Below are positions 14,096 to 29,409 of a stretch of DNA of 64,000 nt, piece after piece (positions within the stretch are counted from its first letter, which is position 1; each line of letters begins with the position of its first letter). The notes beneath the pieces are model-generated. The model was not told the origin of the DNA, did not search any database, and saw only the letters and a list, made by a program, of their open reading frames with translations. The translations under genes were made by a program, and so were the position numbers. This DNA is from Eledone cirrhosa (lineage: Eukaryota). The DNA lies in contig OZ024760.1 of assembly GCA_964016885.1 (NCBI GenBank), positions 24,614,001-24,678,000 on the forward strand, in the 5' to 3' direction.

Positions 14096-14940
14096 TATCT
14101 TAACATCAGTGTGATAATACTAGTTACGGCTGGTTTGAAAAACAGGAAAGAATTCTGGCCAGATACAGCCGGTTTATATGTTAAAGTGTTAAACATTAAT
14201 TCTTCTCGGTCCTGTGTCACCAGAATCTTCTTAAAATATATAAGATCAGTAAAAACATAATTTATCTTAACATCAGTGTAAGATACTAGTCACGGCTGGT
14301 TTGAAGAAAACAGGAAAGAATTCTGGCCAGATACAGCCGGTTTAAATGCTAAAGTGTTAAACATTAATTCTTCTCGATCCTGTGTCACCAGAATCTTCTT
14401 AAAATATATAAGATCAGTAAAAACATAATTTATCTTAACATCAGTGTAAGATACTAGTCACGGCTGGTTTGAAGAAAACAGGTAAGAATTCTGGCCAGAT
14501 ACAGCCGGTTTAAATGCTAAAGTGTTAAACATTAATTCTTCTCGATCCTGTGTCTCCAGAATCTTCTTAAAATATATAAGATCAGTAAAAACATAATTTA
14601 TCTTGACATCAATGTAAGATACTAGTCACGGCTGATTTGAAGAAAACAGGAAAGAATTCTGGTCAGATACAGCCGGTTTAAATGCTAAAGTGTTAAACAT
14701 TAATTCTTCTCGATCCTGTGTCTCCAGAATCTTCTTAAAATATATAAGATCAGTAAAAACATAATTTATCTTAACATCAGTGTAAGATACTAATCACGGC
14801 TGGTTTGAAGAAAACAGGAAAGAATTCTGGCTAGATACACCAGATACAGCCGGTTTAAATCCTAAAGTGATAAACATTAATTCTTCTCGATCCTGTGTCA
14901 CCAGAATCTTCCTAAAATATATAAGATCAGTAAAAAACAT
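14096..14940 (+). repeat. Tandem array, 5 x 168 bp
   Basis: Unit starts tatcttaacatcagtgt at 14096, 14263, 14431, 14599, 14767. Confidence 0.95.
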
Positions 14941-15325
14941 CATTTAATCACGAAAATATTATATATGAAATAAATAAATAATAAATAACTTACCTGTAAA
15001 CTGACAACTTAGCATTATCTACCTGAATCTTTTGTGATCAGTCTGGCTTTATACAGCATTTCCAAAGCTATTGAACTCTAATTGAACTCAGACAGAGCCT
15101 AATAAATTTTCCACTTGGAAATATATGCCAATTTCTAGATAGCCAATTATAACCAAGATTTAAGGCCTGTCAGGTTATGGCAGATTCCTGAATCATCTTA
15201 ATGAATAGCGTGAAATTGGTGGACGGCGGTGGCATTATCGTTGATTTATGTATATCTGTATACATTTGAATGTATACATTTGAATTTATATATATATATA
15301 TATATTTGTATATGTATATATATAC

Positions 15326-15373
<48 letters not shown>

Positions 15374-15376
15374 TTG

Positions 15377-15589
<213 letters not shown>

Positions 15590-15590
15590 C

Positions 15591-15797
<207 letters not shown>

Positions 15798-15834
15798 GTA
15801 TATATATATATATTTATATATGTATATATATATT

Positions 15835-15865
<31 letters not shown>

Positions 15866-16487
15866 ATGTATATACACACAGACATACACACACACTCAAA
15901 CACACACCACACACATGCATACATATACATATATATGCGTATATATACATTATTGAATGGTTATGTAAAGAACATTTTATTAAATATACATACATATATA
16001 TATATACACACACACACATACATACATCTATAGACCACACACACAAACATACATATATATATATATAAATATATATATACATATCTTTGTGTGTGTGAGT
16101 GTTTGAGTATAATTGATTATACACATATACTGACACCCACATACATATATAATTAATCATATAATTAAATCCTCATACACGAATCAATTAACAATATTGC
16201 TGTGTATATAATCGTATGTATATCTGTATATATATATTTATGTATATACAATGAGCCGTTATCTGGGGAGAACAAATTCTTTGAATTGGTAGATTCGTTA
16301 GAACAGAGTTCTCAACGTGTGCCCTACCCCAAACCGGGGGTGGTGGGGTGGTTGAGAAGGGTCCAGTCGGTACCAGGGACTAAGGCGGCTGTGGGAGTTG
16401 GTAGAGAAGATATATAAGAGTATATTAAAATGATATATATTATATATAAATATAGTAAAATAAAAGTATATAATATGTATTTATACT

Positions 16488-16975
16488 TTTTGCCACAAGG
16501 CCAGCAATTATCCCAGTGTATTACTGGTACTTTATTTTATCGACCGCGTAAGGATGAAAGGCAAAGTTAACCTCGGCTGGATTTGAACTCAGAATGGCAA
16601 GGGCCGTAACTCTATGCGTCAAAGCATGGCGTCCGACCCTCTACCGATACTGCCAATAGACCGCCATATGTTATGTATTTATACATAATTGTTTCTATTT
16701 TTGGCACAAGGCCAGCAATTACCCAGTGTATTACTGGTAACATAATATATCTCATATTGGTTTCTTATAGAGGCACAAGGCCAGCAATTTGGGAGTAGGG
16801 GAAAGTCGATTAAATCGACCCCAGTGCGTGACTGGTACTTTATTTTATCGACCTCCGTAAGGATGAAAGGCAAAGTTAACCTCGGTGGGATTTGAACTCA
16901 GATCATAAAGAGCCGCAACTCCATGTTGAAAAGTATGGCGTGCGACCCTCTACTGATACTGCCAATCCACCTCCC
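16488..16975 (-). mobile_element. Cluster of three SINE copies (16488-16665, 16686-16738 partial, 16755-16975)
   Basis: Reverse-complement matches to the same SINE. Confidence 0.8.
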
Positions 16976-17330
16976 CTTTTATTAATAATAATATATCTTA
17001 TATTATTTGACAAGTAAGTTTGTTTTGAAACAGTGAGCGGGTTTGAAATACAGAAATAGAGGCTGTCGCCGTATTTTTGACTACAGAAATTTTAGCCTAA
17101 CTTGTCATTATACTAGCTAAGAATGTAGCTTTTAATTTAAATGGAAACATATGGGTGCTGTGTTGGTGTAATGGTAGCACAGTTGTCTGCATATTCAAAG
17201 ATGTAGGTTCAACTCCCATGTACCTCAATACTCATCTTTTTCCATTTCTTAGAGAGGGTTTTAAACGCCACTATTAGGCTAAAATTTCTTATATTGTTTA
17301 TTCTATATAATTTAATGCTTTTATTTATAA

Positions 17331-17907
17331 CTAGCTAAAGTACCCGTCCTTTGGACGGTTCAAGTAGCTTTCGATGTAGCTCATTAAACCAAACAAAGTA
17401 TATTTGAATACATGGAAGAAAAACGTACTTTATGTACACATGAAAACCTTAGGCACTATTCCAGCGAAATAATTAATATGTAAGCTCGGTGTCATCCGTT
17501 ATCCCATGTAACAACAGAAATCCAGTCTAGGTATACATTTTTTGACAACAGTAAAACATTTTGTTTCAAGTACAAAGAGGAAAGTAAAATCCGAATGAGC
17601 CGAATTGTAATAATCAAAATCCCAAAACAAAATTTTTGACAACATCAAAAATGAGTTCCTATTGTATTGACGAAAGATAACTCTTGTCTTACTTAATCAC
17701 GAAAATTGACACAAATAACCGAATTTTTTTTAATGTCTCCAAAGGCCCCAATATCGATTTTTGAAAGCCTTTGTAGATCATGTCCAGGTTTTGTGCAAGG
17801 GGAAGCTCTGTAAAAAATGTCAAAGAAATCGCATGAATGGTTTAGAATATATGAGCCCTCATTAAAAACTGTCGACACACAGACACACATACACACACAG
17901 ACACACA

Positions 17908-17987
<80 letters not shown>

Positions 17988-18011
17988 ACTCCAGCTTTAT
18001 ATATATACAGA
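17331..18011 (-). mobile_element. Non-autonomous Helitron (same family)
   Basis: Minus strand begins TCtgtatatatataaagctggag and ends ccgtcc aaa ggacgg gtactttagCTAG|T. Confidence 0.82.
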
Positions 18012-18289
18012 CTAGACCACCCGTGACCCGTTGGGTCATGTTCACTTCAAAATATTTAAAAAGAAATCATGTTCACTCGTAAATAATGTTAAAATAATTA
18101 AAATATATACAGACGTGTATATAATGTGAAGTGAAACTAGAAGGTCATATATATATATAGGTGTGTGTTTGTATATATATATATATATATATATATAAAT
18201 GTGTGTGTGTTTGTATACGTTTATATATGTATATGTGTGTGTGTGTATATATGTGTGTGTGTCTGTTATGTATATACACTGATCATAGA

Positions 18290-18850
18290 CACACACACAC
18301 TCTCTCGCTTTCTCATTTCCACTCTATCGCACACATATACACTCACACATACACACACGCACACACAGACACACGCACAAACACACACTCTCTCGCTTTC
18401 TCATTTCCACTCTATCGCACACATATACACTCACACATACACACACGCACACACAGACACTCACACACAAACACACACTGTCTCGCTTTCTCATTTACAC
18501 TCTATCGCACACATATACACTCACCCATACACACACGCACACACAGACACTCACACACAAACACACACTCTCTCGCTTTCTCATTTACACTCTATCGCAC
18601 ACATATACACTCAGACATACATACACGCACACACAGACACTCACACACAAACACACACTCTCTCGCTTTCTCATTTCCGCTCTATCGCACACATATACAC
18701 TCAAACATACACACAGACACTCACACAAACACACACTCTCTCGCTTGCTCATTTACACTCTAACGCACACATATACTCTCACACATACACACAGACACAC
18801 ACAGACACTCACACACAAACACACACTCTCTCGCTTTCTCATTTCCGCTC
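18290..18850 (+). repeat. ~90-bp CA-rich minisatellite, ~6-7 units
   Basis: Recurrent tctcgctttctcattt(a/c)cactctatcgcacacatatacac. Confidence 0.9.
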
Positions 18851-18881
18851 TCTCACTCACATACACATACAGACGCACACG

Positions 18882-18923
<42 letters not shown>

Positions 18924-19011
18924 CACTCTCTCTCTCTGACTCCTTTCTCTGCTTCTCTGGAAAAAACACCTGCCATGTTTCGACAGGGTTAAAATACCGA
19001 AGGTAAGTTAT

Positions 19012-19295
19012 GAACATATACATATACATATACATATACATACACACATGCATATACACATACATATACACATACATATACATATACATATACATAGACA
19101 TATACATATACATATACATAGACACATACATATACACATACATATACACATACATATACATATACATATACACATACATATACACATACATATACATATG
19201 TATATATATACATATACACATACATAGACACATACATATACATATACATATACATATACACATACATATACATATGTATATATATACATATACAC

Positions 19296-19342
<47 letters not shown>

Positions 19343-19361
19343 CATACATATAGTTATACAA

Positions 19362-19413
<52 letters not shown>

Positions 19414-20477
19414 GTAGACAAATATACATGCAAATATATATGCAAACATATACATATATATACACATATACATATACAAATATACAAATATATATACATA
19501 TATATATACATATATATATATATACATATACAAATATATATGCAAATACATATACATACATATATATACACATATACATATACAAATATACAAATACATA
19601 TATATATATATACATATACATATACATATACAAATATATATGCAAATACATATACATATATATACACATATACATATACAAATATATATACATATATACA
19701 TATACATATACATATACAAATATATATGCAAATACATATACATACATATATATGCACATATACATATACAAATATATATACATACATACATATATATATA
19801 CACATATACATATACAAATATATATACATACATATATATACAGATATACATATACAAATATACAAATATATATACATATATATATACATATACATATACA
19901 AATATATATGCAAATACATATACATACATATATATACACATATACGTATACAAATATACAAATATATATACATATACATATACAAATATATATGCAAATA
20001 CATATACATACATATATATATACACATATACATATACAAATATACAAATATATATACATATATACATATATACATATACATATACATATACAAATATATA
20101 TGCAAATACATATACATATATATATACACATATACATATACAAATATACAAATATATATACATATATACATATACATATACATATACATGTACATATACA
20201 AATATATATTCAAATACATATACATATATATATATACACATATACATATACAAATATATATACATATATAGATATACATATACATATACATATACATGTA
20301 CATATACAAATATATATGCAAATAAATATACATATATATATATACACATATACATTTACAAATATATATACATATATACATATACATATACATATACAAA
20401 TATATATGCAAATACATATACATATATTTATACACATATACATATACAAATATACAAATACATATATATATATACAT
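19012..20477 (+). repeat. (CATATA)n-derived higher-order satellite
   Basis: Recurrent tacaaatatatatgcaaatacatatacata blocks. Confidence 0.85.
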
Positions 20478-21482
20478 AGTATTAGTTATACCATTTATGG
20501 TTATGTAAACACAAAACCTTAAGCAGTTGTAAGTATTTTACACACACCCTAAATAGTAGTAGGCAGTAATGTATTACTACCTTATTACCAGTAAGTTAAG
20601 TAGCTCAATGTAAAAACATCAGATGATTTACAGAGCAGTTATATGAAATATAAGAATCAAAGAACTGTTCAAAACATTATTGTGCTTACAGCTGTTTCCT
20701 CCAAACCGAGGTTTGGATTCTTCGGAGCAATTTATTAACGCATGGACAGTTATATGACCTCCTTTTCAGCCGAGAGACATACCAATACATATTCAAACAT
20801 TGATACATATTCAAACATTGTGGGTCAACATTCATTACAGAATTTAGAGTGGCAGTACACACTTCGAGATTACATTTATATTAATAGGTACAATCAAAAA
20901 TCAAAGATATAGGTTAAAGTACAACATGAAGATAAGTGGTTATATAGTGCAAATGTTATATGTGTGGCACGCATGTGTGTCTTGTTTATATAGTGTGGCA
21001 GAGAGATATGTGTGGTAGAGGCACTTAGGTAGGTAAATAATCTTATAAAGACTTTGCCACCAGATCTACCAACCTAACACTCTTATTTACCTACCTAAGT
21101 GCCTCTACCACACATATCTCTCTGCCACACTATATAAACAAGACACACATGCGTGCCACACATATAACATTTGCACTATATAACCACTTATCTTCATGTT
21201 GTACTTTAACCTATATCTTTGATTTTTGATTGTACCTATTAATATAAATGTAATCTCGAAGTGTGTACTGCCACTCTAAATTCTGTAATGAATGTTGACC
21301 CACAATGTTTGAATATGTATCAATGTTTGAATATGTATTGGTATGTCTCTCGGCTGAAAAGGAGGTCATATAACTGTCCATGCGTTAATAAATTGCTCCG
21401 AAGAATCCAAACCTCGGTTTGGAGGAAACAGCTGTAAGCACAATAATGTTTTGAACAGTTCTTTGATTCTTATATTTCATAT
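20478..21482 (-). mobile_element. Fold-back element with 400-bp inverted arms
   Basis: Arms 20641-21040 and 21083-21482 with a 42-nt loop. Unique tail 20478-20640 carries the gctc...ttgagc hairpin on the minus strand. Confidence 0.8.
21394..21440 (+). ncRNA. Hammerhead ribozyme variant (CCGAAGA core)
   Basis: tgct-CCGAAGA-a-tccaaac ctcg gtttgga-g-GAAA-cagctGTA-agca. Perfectly palindromic stem III ACAGCTGT. Identical inverted copy at 20683-20729 (-). Confidence 0.7.
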
Positions 21483-21785
21483 TTCATATATTTCATATTT
21501 CATATATATATACATATACATATACAAATATATATGCAAATACATATACATACATATATATATACACATATACATATACAAATATACAAATATATATACA
21601 TATATACATATATACCTATACATATACAAATATATATACATATATATACATACCGGCACTGTCAATATGAACATAACGCAATTCAACATTTATATTCTAG
21701 TGACCTAAAAACATTTTCTTATATAACCAAGCAAGAAATCCCTTGAATTTCTATTGATTATATTTGACTTATATCTCTAAGTGAA

Positions 21786-22863
21786 GGCGTGTGGCTGAGT
21801 GGTTAGAGAATTGGATTAACAATCGATTCCTGGACCGGGCTAGCGCGTTATGTCCTTGAGCAAGACACTTTATTTTACGTGGCTTCTTCTACCTATAGTT
21901 GCGATCGATAGATAGTACTAGCACTGGAAAAACCATTGGAAACATTGTTTCCTCGGTCCGATTTGACGAAAGTCGATCGATCCTTTTATATATATGAGTG
22001 GTTAGAAAATTCGATTCACAATCTTGATGTTGTGAGTTCGATTCCTGGACCGGGCGATGCGGTATGTCCTTGAGCAAGACACTTTATTTTACGTTGCTTC
22101 CTCTACCTATAGTTGCGATCGATAGATAGATAGTACTAGCACTGGAAGAAACATTGTTTCCTCGGTCCGATTTGAGGAAAGTCGATCGATCGTTATATAT
22201 ATATATATATGAGTGGTTAGATAATTGGATTCACAATCTTGAGGTTGTGAGTTCGATTCCTGGACCGGGCGATGCGTTATGTCCTTGAGCAAGACACTTT
22301 ATTTTACGTTGCTTCCTCTACCTATAGTTGCGATCGATAGATAGTACTAGCACTGGAAAAACCATTGGAAACATTGTTTCCTCGGTCCGATTTGACGAAA
22401 GTCGATCGATCCTTTTATATATATATGAGTGGTTAGATAATTGGATTCGCAATCTTGAGGTTGTGAGTTCGATTCCTGGACCGGGCGATGCGGTATGTCC
22501 TTGAGCAAGACACTTTATTTTACGTTGCTTCTTCTACCTATAGTTGCGATCGATAGATAGTACTAGCACTGGAAAAACCATTGGAAACATTGTTTCCTCG
22601 GTCCGATTTGACGAAAGTCGATCGATCGTTATATATATATATATATATGAGTGGTTAGATAATTGGATTCGCAATCTTGAGGTTGTGAGTTCGATTCCTG
22701 GACCGGGCGATGCGTTATGTCCTTGAGCAAGACACTTTATTTTACGTTGCTCATTCTACCTGGAGTTGCGACCGATAGATAGATAGTATTAGCAACTAGA
22801 AAGACCATTGGAAACATTGTTTCCTCGGTCCGATTTGACGAAAGTGGATCGATCCTTTTATAT
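21786..22863 (+). repeat. Tandem array, 5 x ~215 bp, built from a tRNA-SINE head plus flank
   Basis: gagtggttag at 21797, 21996, 22211, 22427, 22649. B box gagttcgattcc and tgtccttgagcaagacacttta. Confidence 0.92.
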
Positions 22864-23121
22864 GTCTAAGAATAAAACATCTTTCGAAAAATAATCTTAA
22901 ACTGGTTGTCGAACGTAATTCTGTAACATCAAGTAGCAACCAGAAAGCCGAGTCAGAATAAAAGTATAACAAACTCAGCATCAAGCAAGCAAAAACAATG
23001 AACTTTTGAAATTCTATAGAACATCTAAAGGAAAGGAAAAGAAAGGAAAAGAGAGGGAGAAAGAGAGAGAGGGAGAGAGAGAGAGAGAAAACGAAAGAGA
23101 TATATAGATGGATATATAGGA

Positions 23122-23168
<47 letters not shown>

Positions 23169-23195
23169 TGTATATATATATATATATATATATAG

Positions 23196-23233
<38 letters not shown>

Positions 23234-23464
23234 CTATCTATCTCTTTTCACACACATACATACACACATATACATACATACATGCACAGATATATACACA
23301 CCTATCAATCTATCTATCTCTATCTCTCCATATATATATATAGTATATATATATATGTATATATACATATATGTATATATACATATATATATATGTAACA
23401 CATATATATATATATGTATATATACATATATATATATATGTAACACATATATATATATATATTT

Positions 23465-23515
<51 letters not shown>

Positions 23516-23553
23516 ATATATATATAATAAATACATACATATATATATGTAGC

Positions 23554-23584
<31 letters not shown>

Positions 23585-23700
23585 ACACATATAAATATAT
23601 ATGTATGTGTGTGTATATATATATAATAAATACATACATATATATATGTAGCATATATATATATATATATATATATGTAACACATATAAATATATATGTA

Positions 23701-23748
<48 letters not shown>

Positions 23749-23769
23749 CATACATATGTATATGTACAT

Positions 23770-23855
<86 letters not shown>

Positions 23856-23871
23856 GAGAGACAACTGAGTG

Positions 23872-23919
<48 letters not shown>

Positions 23920-24217
23920 GAAGATCAACGTGAAACAGGAGGATTCAGGTGAGTGACATGTTGATTCGATGGTTTATCTTTCTACTAAAATAGTCTTGAC
24001 ACATCCGCCATCTTTAAGATGAATTGGATTCTAAGAACGACCTGTCATGGTGTGCTGACATTATCGAACAGGAAATGACAGAAAGTAATTTAAGATTTCT
24101 AGTAGAATTTCGTTAAGGAATACAATACCAACTTCATTCTTCACTAGTGAATGACTTTTGACGTTGCTGTTGCCATTTCTCTGAAAGAAATAGAGGAAAG
24201 AAATCAAGACGAACAAA

Positions 24218-24760
24218 AATGTATATTTTTTCTCTCGCTGGATTCATTGGCTTCTGGCGTAAAATCAAAACTCATCTCCAATTTCTACATTTCATTCTCT
24301 CTCTTAATTTCTTTCCTTTCTTTAGTTCTTTCTTTCTTTCTTTCTTTTATTCTCTCTCTCTATTTCTTTCCTTTCTTTAGTTCTTTCTTTCTTTTTCTCT
24401 TTCATTCTTTCTCTCAATTTCTTTCCTTTCTTTTGTCATTGTTTTCTTTTTTATTTCTTTCTCTCTCTCAATGTATATTTCTTCTCTCGCTGGATTCATC
24501 TCCAATTTCTACATTTCGTTCTCTCTCTCAATCTCTTTCCTTTCTTTAGTTCTTTCTTTCTTTTTCTCTTTCATTCTTTCTCTCAATTTCTTTCCTTTCT
24601 TTTGTCATTGTTTTCTTTTTTCTTTCTTTCTCTCTCTCAATGTATATTTCTTCTCTCGCTGGATTGAATGGCTTCTGGCGTAAAATCAAAACTCATCTCC
24701 AATTTCTACATTTCGTTCTCTCTCCCAATCTCTTTCCTTTCTTTAGTTCATTCTTTCTTC
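24218..24760 (+). repeat. Pyrimidine-rich tandem triplication
   Basis: aatgtatattt(c/t)ttctctcgctggatt at ~24218, ~24470, ~24639. Confidence 0.8.
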
Positions 24761-25073
24761 CTTTCTTTTTTTCTTTCTTTCTTTCCTTTTTTCTTATGCC
24801 ATTCTTTCTTTATCTTTATCTCTTTTAGATTTTTCTTTCTTTCTTTTTTCTTTCTTTCTCTGCCTTTCTTTCTTCTCCCATTCTTTTTCTTTCTTTCTTA
24901 CATTCTTTCTTTCTGTCTTTTCTTCCCTCATTCTATTTTCTAATTTGATTTGTTAGTTTTTTTGTCATTCCTTCTTTTCTTCATTTCTTTCATTCTGTTC
25001 TCGTCTTTCTAATATTTATCCCCCCCCCCACAATCTATATATTTATATCAATCTATATATAACAATTCCCCCA

Positions 25074-25132
<59 letters not shown>

Positions 25133-25135
25133 TTG

Positions 25136-25207
<72 letters not shown>

Positions 25208-25247
25208 TCTCTCTCTCACCCTCTCTCTCACTCACTCTCTCACTCTC

Positions 25248-25343
<96 letters not shown>

Positions 25344-25507
25344 ATCGTAAGCGAACCTGGCCCCTTACGATTTTTACACATACGTGTATATATCTGTGTT
25401 TATCTCTCTTTTATATTCAATTATATTACACGGCTCGAAAAAATCTCTTCCCTTGACCTATTTAATTGTAAGAGATTATTTTGAGTTTCTGACACAATAT
25501 ATACCTT

Positions 25508-25561
<54 letters not shown>

Positions 25562-25564
<3 letters not shown>

Positions 25565-25815
25565 AGTAAGTTTGCGTTGAAACAGCGAGCAAAATAGAAA
25601 TAGCAGCTATCGTCTTATTTTTGCCTAAAGATAATTTAGCCTGATAGTGGGATTTAGGGGCAAATAATCCCAAATACGTCAATACACCTTTTTTTCCATT
25701 TCTTAGAATGTTCTAGAGACCACTATCAGGCTAAAATTTCTTTCGTAAAAAATACGGCGAAAACTTTTATTTCTATTTTCAAATTCACTCGCTGTTTCAC
25801 AACAAAATTGCTTGT
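25562..25815. mobile_element. MITE-like element with ~90-bp imperfect terminal inverted repeats; relatives at 17010-17290 and 25845-26034
   Basis: acaagtaagtttgcgttgaaacagcgag...ttagcctgatagtgg versus ccactatcaggctaaa...ctcgctgtttcacaacaaaattgcttgt. Confidence 0.65.
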
Positions 25816-26052
25816 CAACAATACTTGTTAACGATGTATCTTCTAATTTGAATGGACATAGACGGGTTATGTGTAGGTGTAATGCTAGCACAGTGGTCCG
25901 GATAACCAAAGATGTGTGTTCGACTCTCATGTACCTCAACAACAAATCGTTTACCATTTCTTATAGGTTTCTATACACCAATATCAGGCTAAAGTTTCTT
26001 TAGTCAAAAATACGGCGAAAGCTTCTATTTCTATTACATATATATATATATT

Positions 26053-26093
<41 letters not shown>

Positions 26094-26439
26094 TATGTAT
26101 GTACATACACCGAACGAAAGCCAATACAACTATACTTACATATACAAATATCTATAATTATATATATATGTTTGAGTCTGTCCATATTTGTGTGTTTCTG
26201 TGTGTGTTTATATATACACATGATCTGTGCTTTTCTGCTTCCCCAGTAGACATCACTCCGAATTTACAAGCATATAAAACTAGAATTTACTAGGAAATAA
26301 AGAGACGAGATACGGCATAAAAGTAAATTTCTGAATCACTTAAAGTTATTCTACTGCAAGAGATAACGAGACACTTATACAGATTAGACAAACAGAAATA
26401 GTTACAAAGACTGGGAAAACACACACACACACACAAACA

Positions 26440-26490
<51 letters not shown>

Positions 26491-26550
26491 GCATATATGA
26501 ATTTATTTATCTTTCTATATATATGTGTATATTTATTTATCTATATATTT

Positions 26551-26611
<61 letters not shown>

Positions 26612-26773
26612 TGCTATGCATATATATATATATATATAAACATATATATATGTACATACATATATGTATTTATTTATCTATATATTTATGTGTATTTCTC
26701 TATCTATATATATGTATGTGTATATATATCTATATTTCTATCTATCTAGCTATTTCTCTCTCTCACACTCTCT

Positions 26774-26896
<123 letters not shown>

Positions 26897-27331
26897 GTGT
26901 GTGTGTATGAATGTATATGAATGAGAGTGAGAGAGAGAGAGTGAGTGGAGAGTATATGAAGCGACATTAGTAAGATTCATACTTTACATTACAATAGCTT
27001 TATTTACCAAATTATTTCGTATTAAATGTTTATATAAAGAACTGAAAGTAATCCCTTGTACACAGACTACAGGTTTTTACTGGCAATAGATATCTGAACA
27101 AAGAAACATTTCTTCATACCTCACCTCGCACATGAAACTACTCAACCTTATAGTCAGTAAAAGAGCAGAGGATAATGAATTCATTGAAGGATGACAGAAC
27201 GAATTTACATTTCATAACCGTAAATATTTATTTACAAAGGAATATTAAGATATTGTACCTTCACACGTAAAAATGGAGTTACACACACACACACACACAC
27301 AGACAGACACAGACACACACGCACTCACACA

Positions 27332-27377
<46 letters not shown>

Positions 27378-27445
27378 CATGCATACACACACACATATAT
27401 ATATATATATACTCATAAATATATATATACATGTAAGTATATACA

Positions 27446-27498
<53 letters not shown>

Positions 27499-27702
27499 TC
27501 ATAAATATATATATACATGTAAGTATATACATGCATATATATACATATACACATAAACATATATATATATAAGTATATATGTTTATACATATACATATAT
27601 AAATATCTATCTACATATACACATATATATATATATATGTATGTATATATGTATATGTGTGTGTATATATGTATATATATGTATATATATATGTATATAT
27701 GT

Positions 27703-27806
<104 letters not shown>

Positions 27807-27986
27807 ATATATGAGTGACTGTACGTATATCAACGTGTATGTATAGGTGAGTCTATGTGTGTGTATATTTGTTTATATTTTTCTCTCGGAATCTAAACTT
27901 TAGACATTGCTAAAGAGGCAGCATCAGCACTTCGTAACTGTGCCTCCACCCACTCCCACTTTTGTGATGATAAATATGTGTATATA

Positions 27987-28027
<41 letters not shown>

Positions 28028-28292
28028 ATGTGTATATATATACATACAGATACTTATATATATATATATATATGTATATATATACATACATATGTATATA
28101 CATACATACATATATATACACACACACATAGACACACACACATACACATATATATGTATCTATAATTATACACTCATTTCGAAATATGTGTGTATATAAT
28201 GTCGATATAATGTAGTTTAATAAACATTAAGATTACTTGATATACGTTTATGGTAAAATGATCTAGAATGGATTAATATATATCTATATCTA

Positions 28293-28366
<74 letters not shown>

Positions 28367-28420
28367 TATATATGCAATTATTTATATATTTACATATATA
28401 TAATTATACTGGTCTCTCTT

Positions 28421-28474
<54 letters not shown>

Positions 28475-28488
28475 TATAAATTTAGATG

Positions 28489-28519
<31 letters not shown>

Positions 28520-28599
28520 GTATATATAAATATATATATATATATATTTGCATGTATATATAAATAAAAATATAAATAAATATACATATCAATACACAC

Positions 28600-28697
<98 letters not shown>

Positions 28698-29372
28698 TAT
28701 ACATATACATATTATATATAATATATATACTTGATAACCCATTCTATAATGACCGCCATAACAACACTGATATGACTTTATTGTTATCGATTTCTTGTAC
28801 TATTTTTGCATATTTTTTGTATTATTCTCGTGTTATTTTTATTTCTATCACATTTATTTTTCAATACCCATAATATATTTGAAAAAACAACAACAACACT
28901 AACAACAACAACATTATATACAAAGAAACAACAACAACAAAACAAACAACAACAACATTATATACTCGGAAAAACAACAACACAAACAACAACAACATTA
29001 TATACTCGAAAAAAAAACAACAACAACATTATATACACGAAAAAAAAAACAACAGAAACAACTCAAACAAAGAAAAGCAAAAACAAAAAAAGAAACAAAT
29101 ACTAAAATAAAACAAAGACATTTCAAACACGTCAAATATTCACAAACATATTATTTACCGTATCCTCATCTCAGCCGTCGTCCATTTTGTATATGGATAT
29201 ATATGTATGTATATATACATATTTATGTATATATAAATATATATATATATATACATAAACACAATATATACATGTATTCATTTATATATATATATATAAC
29301 ATGTATATATATATATATATATACATGGTATATATATATATATATATAAATGAATACATGTATATATGTGTT

Positions 29373-29409
<37 letters not shown>

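Noticed and set aside
17160-17230. Functional tRNA gene
   Set aside because: A/B boxes are present but acceptor and anticodon stems do not pair well; it is a diverged repeat.
18985-19010. Isolated donors AG|GTAAGT (19003) and CAG|GTGAGT (23949)
   Set aside because: No supporting ORF or acceptor; such motifs are expected by chance in 64 kb.
21786-22863. CRISPR-like periodicity (also 14096-14940)
   Set aside because: Whole units repeat with no unique spacers; eukaryotic context and no cas genes.
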